Part shown: in pieces, positions 49,932 through 59,430 of the stretch | Layout: every line of letters starts with the position of its first letter | How positions within the stretch are numbered: the stretch's first letter is position 1 | From: Gemmatimonadales bacterium | GTDB taxonomy: Bacteria; Gemmatimonadota; Gemmatimonadetes; Gemmatimonadales; GWC2-71-9 | NCBI GenBank assembly: GCA_039794085.1 | Contig: JBDIWC010000002.1 | Span: 64,001 to 128,000, forward strand | Direction: 5' to 3' | DNA: 64,000 nt | Notes under the pieces: generated by a model | What the model saw: the letters and a program-made list of their open reading frames with translations, nothing else | What the model was told of the DNA's origin: nothing | Databases searched by the model: none | Translations under genes and position numbers: made by a program

Positions 49932-50041
49932 CTGAGACAAAGACCGCGCCCGCTGCGGGACCGGTTTCCGATCAGAACCCCTTCGCACCACGAGTGCTTG
50001 GGGTGGGGAGCATGGGGCCCCCACTTCGTGAGAAGATCAGT

Positions 50042-50995
50042 CTAGTGCGATTCGGGTTCGATGTCAACGCCCGGTGCCGACACCACCTCCTCCAGGACGA
50101 CCCCCTTGGGCCCCGGCTTCGCCCGCCCGAGCACGGTGTCGGCATCGTGTTCAAAGATCAGTCGCCACCCCCCGGCCACCGCGTCCGCCAGGAGGTCGCG
50201 CTTCGATTCGAGGGTCCGCAGCGGTTCGAGATCGTACCCCATCACCCAGGGGAGGGCCAGATGATGGGCGGTCGGGATGACGTCGCCCAGGAAGACGGCC
50301 ACCTCCCCCCGGTCGTGGATCACGAGGCTCTGATGGTGGGGAACGTGGCCGGGTGTGAGGCGGCTGGTGATCCCGGGCAGAATGTCCTCGTCCCCCTCCA
50401 GGAGCCTCCACCGGTTCGCCGCGGCCACCGGCTCGAAGTTGGCGGGGAGATAACTCGCCCGGGTCCGTTCATTGGTGTTTCGGGCAAACTGGAGCTCCCG
50501 GCGCTGGACCACGTAGGTCGCCGAGGGAAAGGTCAACCGCGCCACGGGCGGTGTGTCCGGAGGCCCGCCCTCGCTCGGGGCAACATCATACCGCGTGTTG
50601 CCCCCGGCATGGTCAAAATGGAGGTGCGTGTTGATGACCCAGCGGACATCCTCGGGCCGATGCCCCGTCTCCGCGAGGGCCTCCTCCAGCCAGGTGTCCC
50701 CGGTTCCGGAATCCGCGAGGTTGTCGATGCCGTAGATGTCCCGGAACCGGGCGTCGTCCTTGTTTCCGAGGGCGGTGTCGAGGAGAACCACACCCTCGCC
50801 GGGATGCTCGATCAGAATGCACCGCATTGCCAGGCGAATTCTGTTGCGCGCGTCGGGCGCAATCCTCTTGCTCCAGAGCGGCTTGGGTACGACGCCGAAC
50901 ATGGCTCCTCCGTCGAGCCGCTGGATCCCGCCCTCCACGGCGTGGCACTGGAAACCGCCCACGGTGAAGGGGGTGACTCGACTCAGGCCCGGCAT
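50042..50995 (-). CDS. Metallo-beta-lactamase-fold hydrolase (YtnP-like)
   Basis: LDGGAMFGVVPK, THLHFDHAGG, TPGHVP, LGDVIP and FEHD. Confidence 0.9.
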   Translation of the reverse strand: MPGLSRVTPFTVGGFQCHAVEGGIQRLDGGAMFGVVPKPLWSKRIAPDARNRIRLAMRCILIEHPGEGVVLLDTALGNKDDARFRDIYGIDNLADSGTGDTWLEEALAETGHRPEDVRWVINTHLHFDHAGGNTRYDVAPSEGGPPDTPPVARLTFPSATYVVQRRELQFARNTNERTRASYLPANFEPVAAANRWRLLEGDEDILPGITSRLTPGHVPHHQSLVIHDRGEVAVFLGDVIPTAHHLALPWVMGYDLEPLRTLESKRDLLADAVAGGWRLIFEHDADTVLGRAKPGPKGVVLEEVVSAPGVDIEPESH

Positions 50996-51888
50996 GGGCC
51001 TTCCCTCGTCCCGGGCTGGTTGACGGAGCCCCCGTCCTGCACACGGATCGCAACACCCCCCCGCCGCCCCCGTCCCTTCCGTCGGCCGGCGCGTCCCCCC
51101 CGGGTCAGCGCCTCGAGCTCCGCGAGGGTGACCACCTCCCGCTCCCGTGCCAGGAGGAGCAACTTTTCGAGCAGGAGCGCCGTGACCCAGGCATCCCCTG
51201 CCGCGCGGTGACGCGCCGGGTTGTCCCACCCAAACCAGGTCGTCAGGCTGTCGAGGCCGTACGACTCGGGCCCGCGCACCAGACGGCGGGCCAGACGGAC
51301 GGTGCAGAGCGACGGACCCTGCAGCACCAGGTCCGCCGCCTGTCGCAGCTCCGCCGCGAGAAACCCGCGGTCGAATCGAAGGTTGTGTGCCACGAGCACG
51401 CGGCCGGCGAGAACCCGCCGAAGGTCGTCCACAAGGTCGGCGAAGGTCGGGGCCCCGGCCACCATCCGGTCGGTGATTCCCGTGATGCGGGTGATGACGG
51501 AGGGGATCGGCTTGCCGGGATTCACCAGGGTGTCGAGCACCACCTCCCGGCGCGTGCCCTGCACGACCACCACGGCCACCTCGATGATCCGGTCCCCCGC
51601 CCCGCATTGACCTCCCGTCGTTTCCACATCGACCACGGCGTAGGGAACGTCGGCGAGAAGTGGCAGGGTCCCGGGCATGGCGTGCAGGGCCCATCGGCCA
51701 TCCGGGAGTTGCCGCACCCGGGGATCCCCCCCCAGAAGGGCCACCGCCATGCGCTCGCACACCGGCCCGGGAGCTCCGGTGAGCCCCATCACCCGGCTCG
51801 CCACAGTCGGGGCATCGCAGGGAGCGTCCCCGAGCAGCACCAGGGCACGATCCAGCAGGGTGGAGGACGGGTGGAGGACCAGCGCCAT
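50983..51888 (-). CDS. DEDDh 3'-5' exonuclease (DnaQ/PolC-exo-like) with N-terminal extension
   Basis: VVDVETTG, VAHNLRFD and HRAAGDA. Confidence 0.9.
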   Translation of the reverse strand: MALVLHPSSTLLDRALVLLGDAPCDAPTVASRVMGLTGAPGPVCERMAVALLGGDPRVRQLPDGRWALHAMPGTLPLLADVPYAVVDVETTGGQCGAGDRIIEVAVVVVQGTRREVVLDTLVNPGKPIPSVITRITGITDRMVAGAPTFADLVDDLRRVLAGRVLVAHNLRFDRGFLAAELRQAADLVLQGPSLCTVRLARRLVRGPESYGLDSLTTWFGWDNPARHRAAGDAWVTALLLEKLLLLAREREVVTLAELEALTRGGRAGRRKGRGRRGGVAIRVQDGGSVNQPGTREGPCRA

Positions 51889-51935
51889 GCTGTCCAACCT
51901 AATCGCGTTCCCCGGTGGATGCCGGAGGCCCACAC

Positions 51936-52556
51936 TCAGGAGTTGGTGAGGGCGAAGCTGAGTGCCTCGAGCTCAAGGGCGAGATTGACTCCCCTGACAG
52001 TGACGTCGTCCGGGACGGAGAGCGGCACGGGGGCAAAATTCAGGATGGCCTTCACCCCGCCCGCGACCAGGACCTGCGCGACCCCCTCCGCGGCGTCGGC
52101 CGGCGTGACGATCACGGCGATGTCAGGACACGAGGCGCGGAGATCCCGTCCGAGGCGAGCCACATCACGGACCCGGATCCCGTCGAACAGGGTCCCGATC
52201 CTCTGGGGCGACCGGTCGTACACCGCCACCACGTCGAACCCCCGGTGCCGGAACCCATGGTAGTGCACCAGCGCGCTCCCGACCTTCCCCGCGCCGACGA
52301 CCACCACAGAATAGCGGCGTCCCAGCCCCAAAATGGTCCGGAGCCGGGCCCGAAGGTCCGCCACCTCGTAGCCCACCCCGCGTGTCCCGAACGAGCCGAA
52401 GACCGAGAGGTCCTTGCGGACCTGCGCCGACGTGGTGCCCCCTCGCGTGGCCAGGGCCCCGGAACTGACCGTGGCGAGCCCCTCCTCCGCGAACTCGTCG
52501 AGGAAGCGCAGATAGAGCGAGAGGCGGCGAACCGCAGAATCGGAGATCGAGTGCAT
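51936..52556 (-). CDS. rex: Redox-sensing transcriptional repressor Rex
   Basis: RRLSLYLR, QVRKDLSVFGSFGTRGVGY, GAGKVG and ILNFAP. Confidence 0.96.
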   Translation of the reverse strand: MHSISDSAVRRLSLYLRFLDEFAEEGLATVSSGALATRGGTTSAQVRKDLSVFGSFGTRGVGYEVADLRARLRTILGLGRRYSVVVVGAGKVGSALVHYHGFRHRGFDVVAVYDRSPQRIGTLFDGIRVRDVARLGRDLRASCPDIAVIVTPADAAEGVAQVLVAGGVKAILNFAPVPLSVPDDVTVRGVNLALELEALSFALTNS

Positions 52557-52560
52557 GGTC

Positions 52561-52578
52561 TTGTGAAAGATTTCACAA
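52561..52578. promoter_or_regulatory. Rex operator
   Basis: TTGTGAA-AGAT-TTCACAA, a perfect match to TTGTGAA-N4-TTCACAA, 4 nt upstream of the rex ATG. Confidence 0.9.
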
Positions 52579-52606
52579 TCTTAGTGATCCGCACGGGCTC
52601 CGTCAA
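52578..52606 (-). promoter_or_regulatory. Sigma70 promoter of rex
   Basis: Minus strand TTGACG (52606-52601), 17-nt spacer, TAAGAT (52583-52578), abutting the Rex box. Confidence 0.75.
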
Positions 52607-53384
52607 CACAGGCGTGGAGCAGGGCGACAAACCCGGGGATCGGCAAGGCATCCGGACGAAGAGCGGGCGGAATTCCGGCGTCGGCCAGGACGGCCAGGAC
52701 CCGGCCCGGGGGCCACCCCGTCACCACCCGCAGGGCCCGTTGCATCTGTTTCCGGCGTGACGCGAAGAGCGCAGTCACCAGTCGGCGGAACCGCGGAACC
52801 TCCTCGTCGGTCACCAGGGGAACGGGAAGGGGGTCGAGTCGCACCACGGCCGAATCCACCTTGGGGGGGGGATCGAAGGCATGGGCCGGAACCGTCACCG
52901 TCCGGGTGACCCGTGCCACGGATTGCACTCCCACGGTCAGGGCACTCCAGTGGCCGGACGCGGGGGTGGCCACAAGCCGGTCGGCAACTTCCTTCTGGAC
53001 CAGAAAGACCACCCGCCGGGGACGGGGGGGCGCGAGGGCCCGGTCCAGGAGAGGCGACGTGATGTTGTAGGGGATGTTGCCGATGACAAACAGCTCGCCC
53101 CGGGGCACACCCGCGAGCGCATCCCACGACTCGGTGAGGGCATCCCCCTCGGCCAGTCGCACCGTGGGAAACCGGTCGCGCAGGCGGGGGAGCAGATCCC
53201 GGTCTTTCTCGATGGCGGTGACCTGGTACCCCCTCCCCACCAGCACGGACGTGAGCGCGCCCCTGCCGGGACCGATCTCCAGCACCGGAGCCCCGGCGGG
53301 CGCATCGAGGGCATCGACGATCTGTGCCAGGATTCCGGGGTGCCGGAGAAAATGCTGGCCAAACCGTTTGCGGGCCTGTCCCAT
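52581..53384 (-). CDS. rsmA: 16S rRNA dimethyladenosine transferase RsmA/KsgA
   Basis: KRFGQHFL, LEIGPGRG, GNIPYNITS and PPPKVDS. Confidence 0.96.
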   Translation of the reverse strand: MGQARKRFGQHFLRHPGILAQIVDALDAPAGAPVLEIGPGRGALTSVLVGRGYQVTAIEKDRDLLPRLRDRFPTVRLAEGDALTESWDALAGVPRGELFVIGNIPYNITSPLLDRALAPPRPRRVVFLVQKEVADRLVATPASGHWSALTVGVQSVARVTRTVTVPAHAFDPPPKVDSAVVRLDPLPVPLVTDEEVPRFRRLVTALFASRRKQMQRALRVVTGWPPGRVLAVLADAGIPPALRPDALPIPGFVALLHACVDGARADH

Positions 53385-54853
53385 CAGAGCCGGAGCACGA
53401 GCAAGGTTCTGTCGTCCTGGGGAGCGGCGGAGAAGTGATCGACCTCGGCAAAGAGGGCGGAGACGATCGCGTCCGGTGTCTCCTCCCGGTGCGTGGTGAG
53501 CAGATGCAGGATGCGGGCTTCCCCGAACCGATCGCCCGTCGCGTTGGCGGCGTCGGTGAGGCCATCGGTCCAGAGGCAAAGGAGATCGCCCCGACCCCAG
53601 GGCACCTCCCGCCGCTCCATGGCGGCTTCGGCTGCCAGCCCGAGCGGGGGCGAGGTGGCGGCCAGGCGAACCGGATCGCCCGCGACCGGGAGTTGGAAGG
53701 CGTGAGCATGGCCCGCGTTGGCGTAGGAGAGGCGGCCCGCCCGCGGGTCGAGCATTCCGTAGAACACCGTGAAGTAGGTCTCGGTGGAGGACAGCTTGCC
53801 GGCCAGGCTCCGGCGCAGGGCGTGGAGGGCCTGATCGGGCGGCACGGTGGCCGTCGAGTGAATGCCCGCCGCTGCCAGCACCAAGGCCATCACGAGGGCG
53901 GCGGACAACCCGTGGCTGGACACGTCCCCCACCATCACTCCCACCCGGCCCTTGCCCAGACGGGCAAAGGTGTAGAAATCCCCTCCCACCGATTCGGCCG
54001 CCACGCAGCGGACCGCCGCGGTGGCGTCCCCCTCGAGCACCGAGGGGGAGGGCAGCAGTTTCAACTGAAGTTGCCGCGCCAGATCCAGCTCGTTGCGCAG
54101 CCGCTGCTGGTCCCGCGCGCGGGCCACCAGACGCGCGTTTTCCAGCGCGGCCCCGATCTGCTTCGCGATGGCCTCCACGAGCCGGCGTTGCTCGGGAGAG
54201 AACTCCGCGCGGTCGGCGCGGTCGGTGAGGTTGATGACCCCGACGCATCGGCTCCCCTCCCCTCTCTCACTCCCGGGGGCCGAGTAGCAGATCGGCACAC
54301 TCAGATAGGCACCCTCCGGGTACCCGGTTCCCTCCCCGCGCGGCACCGGCCGGGGAGCGGCCATTCCCGCCGCGGATTGCCGGGTGCGGAACACTCCGGC
54401 CGCCAGGGAGTGCTCGTCGGTCACCTCCACGCGGAGTTGCTCGTCCAGGGTGAACCCCCGGGTAGCGAGGGGATGAAGATACCGTCGTTCCCGGTCGATT
54501 CCGAGAATCGAGGCCCGTCGCGCCCCGACGACCTCACTCACGGCCAGGAGAATGATCCGCGCGGCCTCCCGCAGATCGATGGTCTGTCCCAGGATGTCGC
54601 TGATGGTGTAGAGCAGCGCGATTTCTTCGTCCCGGCGCTCCAGTTCCCGTCCCCAGTGCCGGGCGTCCTGGACACTCGCCAGCAAGGCCTGGAGTACCGG
54701 CACGAGCAGGGTCAGGCACTCCCGCACCCCGGCGTCATCCCCATTCCGTCCTTCGAGCCAGAGGCCATCGGGCGGTCCCGGCACAGGCACGAACCAGCTG
54801 ACACCCTCAGGGGTGTCGATCTGGCCGGCGCGCAGCCGGTCCGGAGGACTCAC
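53384..54853 (-). CDS. GAF-domain SpoIIE/RsbU-type PP2C phosphatase (start may extend to 54961/54982)
   Basis: GAF region (YLSVPI...VGVINL), VGGDFY, GDVSSHG, NAGH, WTDGL and QDDRT. Confidence 0.92.
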   Translation of the reverse strand: MSPPDRLRAGQIDTPEGVSWFVPVPGPPDGLWLEGRNGDDAGVRECLTLLVPVLQALLASVQDARHWGRELERRDEEIALLYTISDILGQTIDLREAARIILLAVSEVVGARRASILGIDRERRYLHPLATRGFTLDEQLRVEVTDEHSLAAGVFRTRQSAAGMAAPRPVPRGEGTGYPEGAYLSVPICYSAPGSERGEGSRCVGVINLTDRADRAEFSPEQRRLVEAIAKQIGAALENARLVARARDQQRLRNELDLARQLQLKLLPSPSVLEGDATAAVRCVAAESVGGDFYTFARLGKGRVGVMVGDVSSHGLSAALVMALVLAAAGIHSTATVPPDQALHALRRSLAGKLSSTETYFTVFYGMLDPRAGRLSYANAGHAHAFQLPVAGDPVRLAATSPPLGLAAEAAMERREVPWGRGDLLCLWTDGLTDAANATGDRFGEARILHLLTTHREETPDAIVSALFAEVDHFSAAPQDDRTLLVLRL

Positions 54854-54957
54854 CGAAGGGGGGCCGGAGACCAGCCGGACACCCGCGGACGAGGTACACC
54901 AGACCCGCAGTCGCGTGTCCGACCCCGTCAGTGTGGCGAGCGCCGGAGCGATCCGGG

Positions 54958-55422
54958 TCAGGATCTCGGCAAGGTCATCCAGATGGTGTTCCCCTGGTCG
55001 TTGAACTCGACCTCGTCGGTCAGGTTGCGGATGAGAAAGAGGCCCCGTCCGCAGGGATGTTCCAGGGTGTCGGGACGGGTCGGATCCGGGGAGTTGGAGG
55101 GCTCGAACCCGGTCCCTTCATCGCTCACGCGGGCCCGGATCCGGTGGGGCGTGAGCACCAGTTCCACTTCCACCCGCCGGGTGCGATCATTCCCGTTCCC
55201 GCACTCAATGGCATTGGCGAGTGCCTCCGCGAGAGACACCCGAAGCCGGAAGCGGGTGCGGGCGCTGGGACGGCACCCGGCGAAGGCATGGAGGGAGAGC
55301 AACTCCACGGTCTCCTCCACCAGGGTCAGATCACTGGGCAGGTGCAGGGTCACGCGAACCGGCTCCTCCGGCGCCTGGTAGGCGCCGCTCCGCCGGACAC
55401 AGATCTGCAGTGGCGCCGTCAC
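54958..55422 (-). CDS. RsbW/SpoIIAB-like anti-sigma factor kinase (HATPase)
   Basis: EALANAI, VSDEGTGF and GRGLFLI. Confidence 0.88.
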   Translation of the reverse strand: MTAPLQICVRRSGAYQAPEEPVRVTLHLPSDLTLVEETVELLSLHAFAGCRPSARTRFRLRVSLAEALANAIECGNGNDRTRRVEVELVLTPHRIRARVSDEGTGFEPSNSPDPTRPDTLEHPCGRGLFLIRNLTDEVEFNDQGNTIWMTLPRS

Positions 55423-55766
55423 CGTCCGGCCCGGAAGCCTTCCAGCATCTCGTCCACCGAGGTCCCGATCACGAAAAGGGTGTCGAGCTTGGTGAGGGAG
55501 AAGAGGGAGCGCAGGTCGTCATTGAGCCCCGCGAGACGGAGTTCCCCCCCGTGTTCCCGCGCCTTCCGGGCCATGGTCACAAGGGCCCCCAGTCCCGAAC
55601 TGTCGATGTAGCCGGTGTCGGTGCAGTCGATCACCAGCTTGCGGGCCCCCTGCTCCAAGGCCTGGTCGACGACCGCCTTGAGCTCCTGGCGGTTCCCGAC
55701 AATCAGCTGCCCTTCGACCCGCACCACGGTGACATCGTTGCCGACACTGGTCGTGGAGAATGCCAT
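55419..55766 (-). CDS. STAS-domain anti-anti-sigma factor (RsbV/SpoIIAA-like)
   Basis: YIDSSGLGALV phosphoserine motif. ATG follows GAAGGAGG. Confidence 0.93.
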   Translation of the reverse strand: MAFSTTSVGNDVTVVRVEGQLIVGNRQELKAVVDQALEQGARKLVIDCTDTGYIDSSGLGALVTMARKAREHGGELRLAGLNDDLRSLFSLTKLDTLFVIGTSVDEMLEGFRAGR

Positions 55767-55776
55767 TCCCCCTCCT

Positions 55777-56715
55777 TCAAGTCGTGGTCGGATCGGCCTG
55801 CAGGGCCACCATCGCGGCGACCTCGACAATATCGTCTATCCCGGCGCCGCGCGACAGGTCCGACATCGGCCGGGCGAGACCCTGGAGCAAGGGTCCGAGG
55901 GCCGCGGCGCCGGCCAGGTGGCGGGTGAGCTTGTAGGCGATGTTCCCCGCATCGAGCGAAGGGAAGATGAGCACATTGGCCGTTCCCGCCACCGGGGAAC
56001 CCGGGGCCTTGCGCTCCGCGATCCCCGGATCGAGGGCGGCATCGGCCTGCAACTCTCCATCCGCCACCACCTCCGGTGCCCGGGCCCGGAAGAGGGCCAG
56101 CGCCTCGCGCACGCGCTCGACCGCTGGCCCCTGGGCGCTCCCCCGGGTGCTGAACGAGAGAAAGGCCACCCGGGGGTCATCCCCCACCAGACGCCGGCGA
56201 TCGGCCACCGCCACCAGGGCAATCTGAGCCAATTCGTCCGGGCTCGGGGTGACGGAGACGGCGCAGTCGGCGTAGGTGAGCACCCGTCCGTCACCCAGCG
56301 CCATGTAGAAGGCCGAACTGACCCGCTCGATGCCCGGCGCGGTCCCGATGCACCAGAGGGCGGCCCGGATCACATCCGCGGTGGTGTGCACGGCGCCGGC
56401 CACGGCCCCGTCGGCCTCCCCGAGCGCCACGAGTCCCGCGGCGAACCGCACCGGGTCGCTGGCGAGATCGAGTGCGTGCACCCCATCCTGGACCTGGTCG
56501 GGACGACGACCGCGCAGATGCTCCGCCACCGCCGCGAGCCGGGGATCGTGACGGGGGTCCAAGCCGTCGGGACCGCCAATCACGATCGGTTCCGCGATCC
56601 CGTCCCGGCGCAGACGTTCCACGGCCGCGAGCACGCGCGGGTCCTCCCCCTCGGCAAAGGCGAGGCGGGCATGGCAGGCAGCCGCCCGGTGGAGCAGGGA
56701 TTCTCGAAAGCTCAT
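55777..56715 (-). CDS. pta: Phosphate acetyltransferase (PTA/PTB family)
   Basis: ADCAV, LSFSTRGS, DGELQADAA, GNIAYK and DLSRG. Confidence 0.9.
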   Translation of the reverse strand: MSFRESLLHRAAACHARLAFAEGEDPRVLAAVERLRRDGIAEPIVIGGPDGLDPRHDPRLAAVAEHLRGRRPDQVQDGVHALDLASDPVRFAAGLVALGEADGAVAGAVHTTADVIRAALWCIGTAPGIERVSSAFYMALGDGRVLTYADCAVSVTPSPDELAQIALVAVADRRRLVGDDPRVAFLSFSTRGSAQGPAVERVREALALFRARAPEVVADGELQADAALDPGIAERKAPGSPVAGTANVLIFPSLDAGNIAYKLTRHLAGAAALGPLLQGLARPMSDLSRGAGIDDIVEVAAMVALQADPTTT

Positions 56716-57194
56716 GATCCGAACCGTCGCGCCAGCGCCGTGGCCACCACGGGATGAACCACCCGGGAGACGTCCCCTCCGAACCGGGCAGCCTCTCGGA
56801 CGAGACTGGCGCTGACCCAGGAGAGATCGAAGGCAGGAGGGAGAAAGATGGTTTCGGCCTCCGGGGCGAGTTCGCGATTCATCATGGCCATCTGGAGTTC
56901 ATATTCGAAGTCGCCCGCGGCGCGCAGGCCCCGGACGATGACCGAGGCGCCGCGCATCCGGAGAAAGGTGGCCAGAAGGCCCGGGAAGGCCTCCACTGTC
57001 ACCCGGTCGTCCGGTCCGAGGATGGCCCGGAGCATCTCGACCCGTTCCTCCGGCGAGAAGAGCGGTTGCTTCGAGGTGTTGACCGCCACGGCCACGATGA
57101 GGTGATCAGCCAGGCCACGAGCTCGGCGCACCAGGTCCTCATGGCCGCGGGTGGGCGGGTCAAAACTGCCGGGGTAGACGGCGATGCGAGTCAT
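56712..57194 (-). CDS. coaD: Pantetheine-phosphate adenylyltransferase
   Basis: YPGSFDPPTRGH and RGLRAAGDFEYE. Confidence 0.97.
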   Translation of the reverse strand: MTRIAVYPGSFDPPTRGHEDLVRRARGLADHLIVAVAVNTSKQPLFSPEERVEMLRAILGPDDRVTVEAFPGLLATFLRMRGASVIVRGLRAAGDFEYELQMAMMNRELAPEAETIFLPPAFDLSWVSASLVREAARFGGDVSRVVHPVVATALARRFGS

Positions 57195-57709
57195 GATAAG
57201 TGGAAGAAGGTAATCGCAGTGTTGCCGTATCGCCGGGTCTCCCCACCGCTCAGAGCAAGCGCCGCCGCATGCTCCACTGCGAGGAGCTGACCGACGGGTC
57301 GCTTCCGAAACTGGGCGACAAGGTCGGTCGCCAGGTCATCCTTCCACGGAGGATCCGCCAGAACGATGTCGAACTTCTCGGGGTCCACGGTGGCGAGCAC
57401 TCCGAGGGCGTCTCCCCGAATCACGCGGCCTCTCTCACCCATACCCAGGGCCTCGATGTTGTCACGAAGCACACCTTCGACCCGGGGGTTTCGTTCCACG
57501 AAGGTGACGTGAGCCGCGCCTCGAGAGAGAGCTTCCAGTCCCAGGGCACCGGAACCCGCGCAGAGATCGAGCAGCCGGGCCCCCGCCAGCCGCGGGCCCA
57601 GAATGCTCATCCAGGCTTCCCTGACGCGATCCCCCGTTGGTCGCACCCCGCCGACGGCGGGAACCTGGAGCCGTCGTCCTCGGAGGGCCCCGGCGATGAT
57701 CCGGGTCAC
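57191..57709 (-). CDS. rsmD: 16S rRNA m2G966 methyltransferase RsmD
   Basis: RIIAG, RPTGDRVRE, LDLCAGSGALGLEALSRG and DPPW. The GTG start overlaps the recJ stop. Confidence 0.93.
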   Translation of the reverse strand: MTRIIAGALRGRRLQVPAVGGVRPTGDRVREAWMSILGPRLAGARLLDLCAGSGALGLEALSRGAAHVTFVERNPRVEGVLRDNIEALGMGERGRVIRGDALGVLATVDPEKFDIVLADPPWKDDLATDLVAQFRKRPVGQLLAVEHAAALALSGGETRRYGNTAITFFHLS

Positions 57710-59430
57710 GACGAGGCGGGCTCGTGCGGAGCCAGGGCGAGGAGGCGGGCCTGCAAGGTGCTGGCCCCACGAAACTCGTTCCGTTCCAGTCGGAACGCCA
57801 CATCCACCGGGGACTCCCCTCGCCAGGGAACCCGGTCCGCCAACTGAAACCCGATGGCATCGATCCCGGCGGATACGCCTCCCAACCGGCCTTTCAGGTG
57901 TCCGCTTCCCACCACGACCCGGTTCCGGAAATCCGCCCCGCGAACCCCGAAAACCGGGCCGGGGTTCCCCATTCCGCACGGTTCCAGATGCCGACAGAGC
58001 CGTTCCAGGTCGTCCGTGATGTCGTCCAGCGCGATCTCGAGATCGATACGTTGTTCGGGTCCCCGATCCTCCGGGGGCAGACCGGCCGCCACCACGGTCT
58101 CGAAGCGTTCCCGAAACGCGTCCACCCGGTCCGCTCGGATCGTCAGTCCCGCCGCCATGCGGTGTCCCCCGTAGCGCTCCAGGAGATCTCCGCAGGCGGT
58201 CAGGCCCTGGTGGAGATCAAAGCGGGAGATGCTCCTCCCGCTCCCCTTCCCCACTCCATTGTCCACGCTGATCAGGAAGGTCGGGCGGCCGAATCGCTCC
58301 ACCACCCGGGAGGCCACGATCCCCACGACACCCGCATGCCACCCCTCCGATGCCAGCACATAGGAGGCGACGTCCTCGGGGTCCCCCACCGCCTCCACCA
58401 TGGCCAAGGCCTCTTCGAGGATGCGTCCGTCCAGGGCCTGGCGTTCCGCGTTCAGTCGCTCGAGGCGCTCGGCAAGCGCCATGGCCTCGGTCGGATCCTC
58501 CGTGAGAAGGAGTCGCAGGCCGTCGTTCGCATCACCCACCCGCCCCGCGGCATTGAGCCGGGGACCCAGCATGAAGGCCAGTTGCCCGGCCCGGAGTTGT
58601 TTCCCGGCCAGACCGGCGGTGCCGAGCAGCGCTCGGAGCCCGGGCCAGCGGGTCTCGGCCAGGATCCGGAGCCCGTGTTTGACCAGGATGCGGTTCTCGC
58701 CCACCAGGGGAACAACATCGGCGACAGTGGCGAGCGCGACCAGATCGAGCAGATGCATCGGCAGGTGCCGGGGAAGGCCGAGGACCGGGACCAGGGCCTG
58801 AACCAGCTTGAAAGCCACGCCGGTTCCACTGAGGTTCCCGGTGCCTGAGGCATCGCCCGGCTGCTGGGGATCGACGACGACGGCGGCGGGCGGCAGGGTG
58901 GGGCCCGGCAGGTGGTGATCGGTGACCACCACGCGGATCCCTCGCTCGGTGGCGTCCCGCACCGTCTCCCCGGCGGTGATTCCGCAATCGCAGGTGACGA
59001 TGAGACGAGCACCGACGCGGAGGGCTTCCGCGAGTCCGGCGGGTCCGAAGTCATACCCATCCCGCATGCGGTGGGGCACGAAAGGGATCACGGTCGCGCC
59101 CGATTCTCGGAGCGCGCGGGTCAGGACGGCGGTGGCACACTGCCCGTCGACGTCGTAATCGCCATGGACGAGGATCGGATCACCCCGCGTCACCGCGCCT
59201 GCGATTTCGTGGACGGCATCCGGCATGCCCAAGAGGGCCAGAGGATCCCCCAGGGCGTCGAGCGATGGCCGGAGAAACTCCCCCGCCAGGGCGGGCGTTT
59301 CCAATCCCCGTTGAGCCAGCAGCGCGGCCAGCGGGGTGGGGATCCCGAGGGCGGTGCGAAGGGCCTCGACGATGCGGGGATCGGGAGTGGGCGCCACCAC
59401 CCAGCGAGGAGCGAGAATACCCCGGCTCAT
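57706..59430 (-). CDS. recJ: ssDNA-specific exonuclease RecJ
   Basis: GDYDVDG, TDHH, TVADVVPL, PRLNAAGR and GGHRMAAG. Confidence 0.97.
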   Translation of the reverse strand: MSRGILAPRWVVAPTPDPRIVEALRTALGIPTPLAALLAQRGLETPALAGEFLRPSLDALGDPLALLGMPDAVHEIAGAVTRGDPILVHGDYDVDGQCATAVLTRALRESGATVIPFVPHRMRDGYDFGPAGLAEALRVGARLIVTCDCGITAGETVRDATERGIRVVVTDHHLPGPTLPPAAVVVDPQQPGDASGTGNLSGTGVAFKLVQALVPVLGLPRHLPMHLLDLVALATVADVVPLVGENRILVKHGLRILAETRWPGLRALLGTAGLAGKQLRAGQLAFMLGPRLNAAGRVGDANDGLRLLLTEDPTEAMALAERLERLNAERQALDGRILEEALAMVEAVGDPEDVASYVLASEGWHAGVVGIVASRVVERFGRPTFLISVDNGVGKGSGRSISRFDLHQGLTACGDLLERYGGHRMAAGLTIRADRVDAFRERFETVVAAGLPPEDRGPEQRIDLEIALDDITDDLERLCRHLEPCGMGNPGPVFGVRGADFRNRVVVGSGHLKGRLGGVSAGIDAIGFQLADRVPWRGESPVDVAFRLERNEFRGASTLQARLLALAPHEPASS

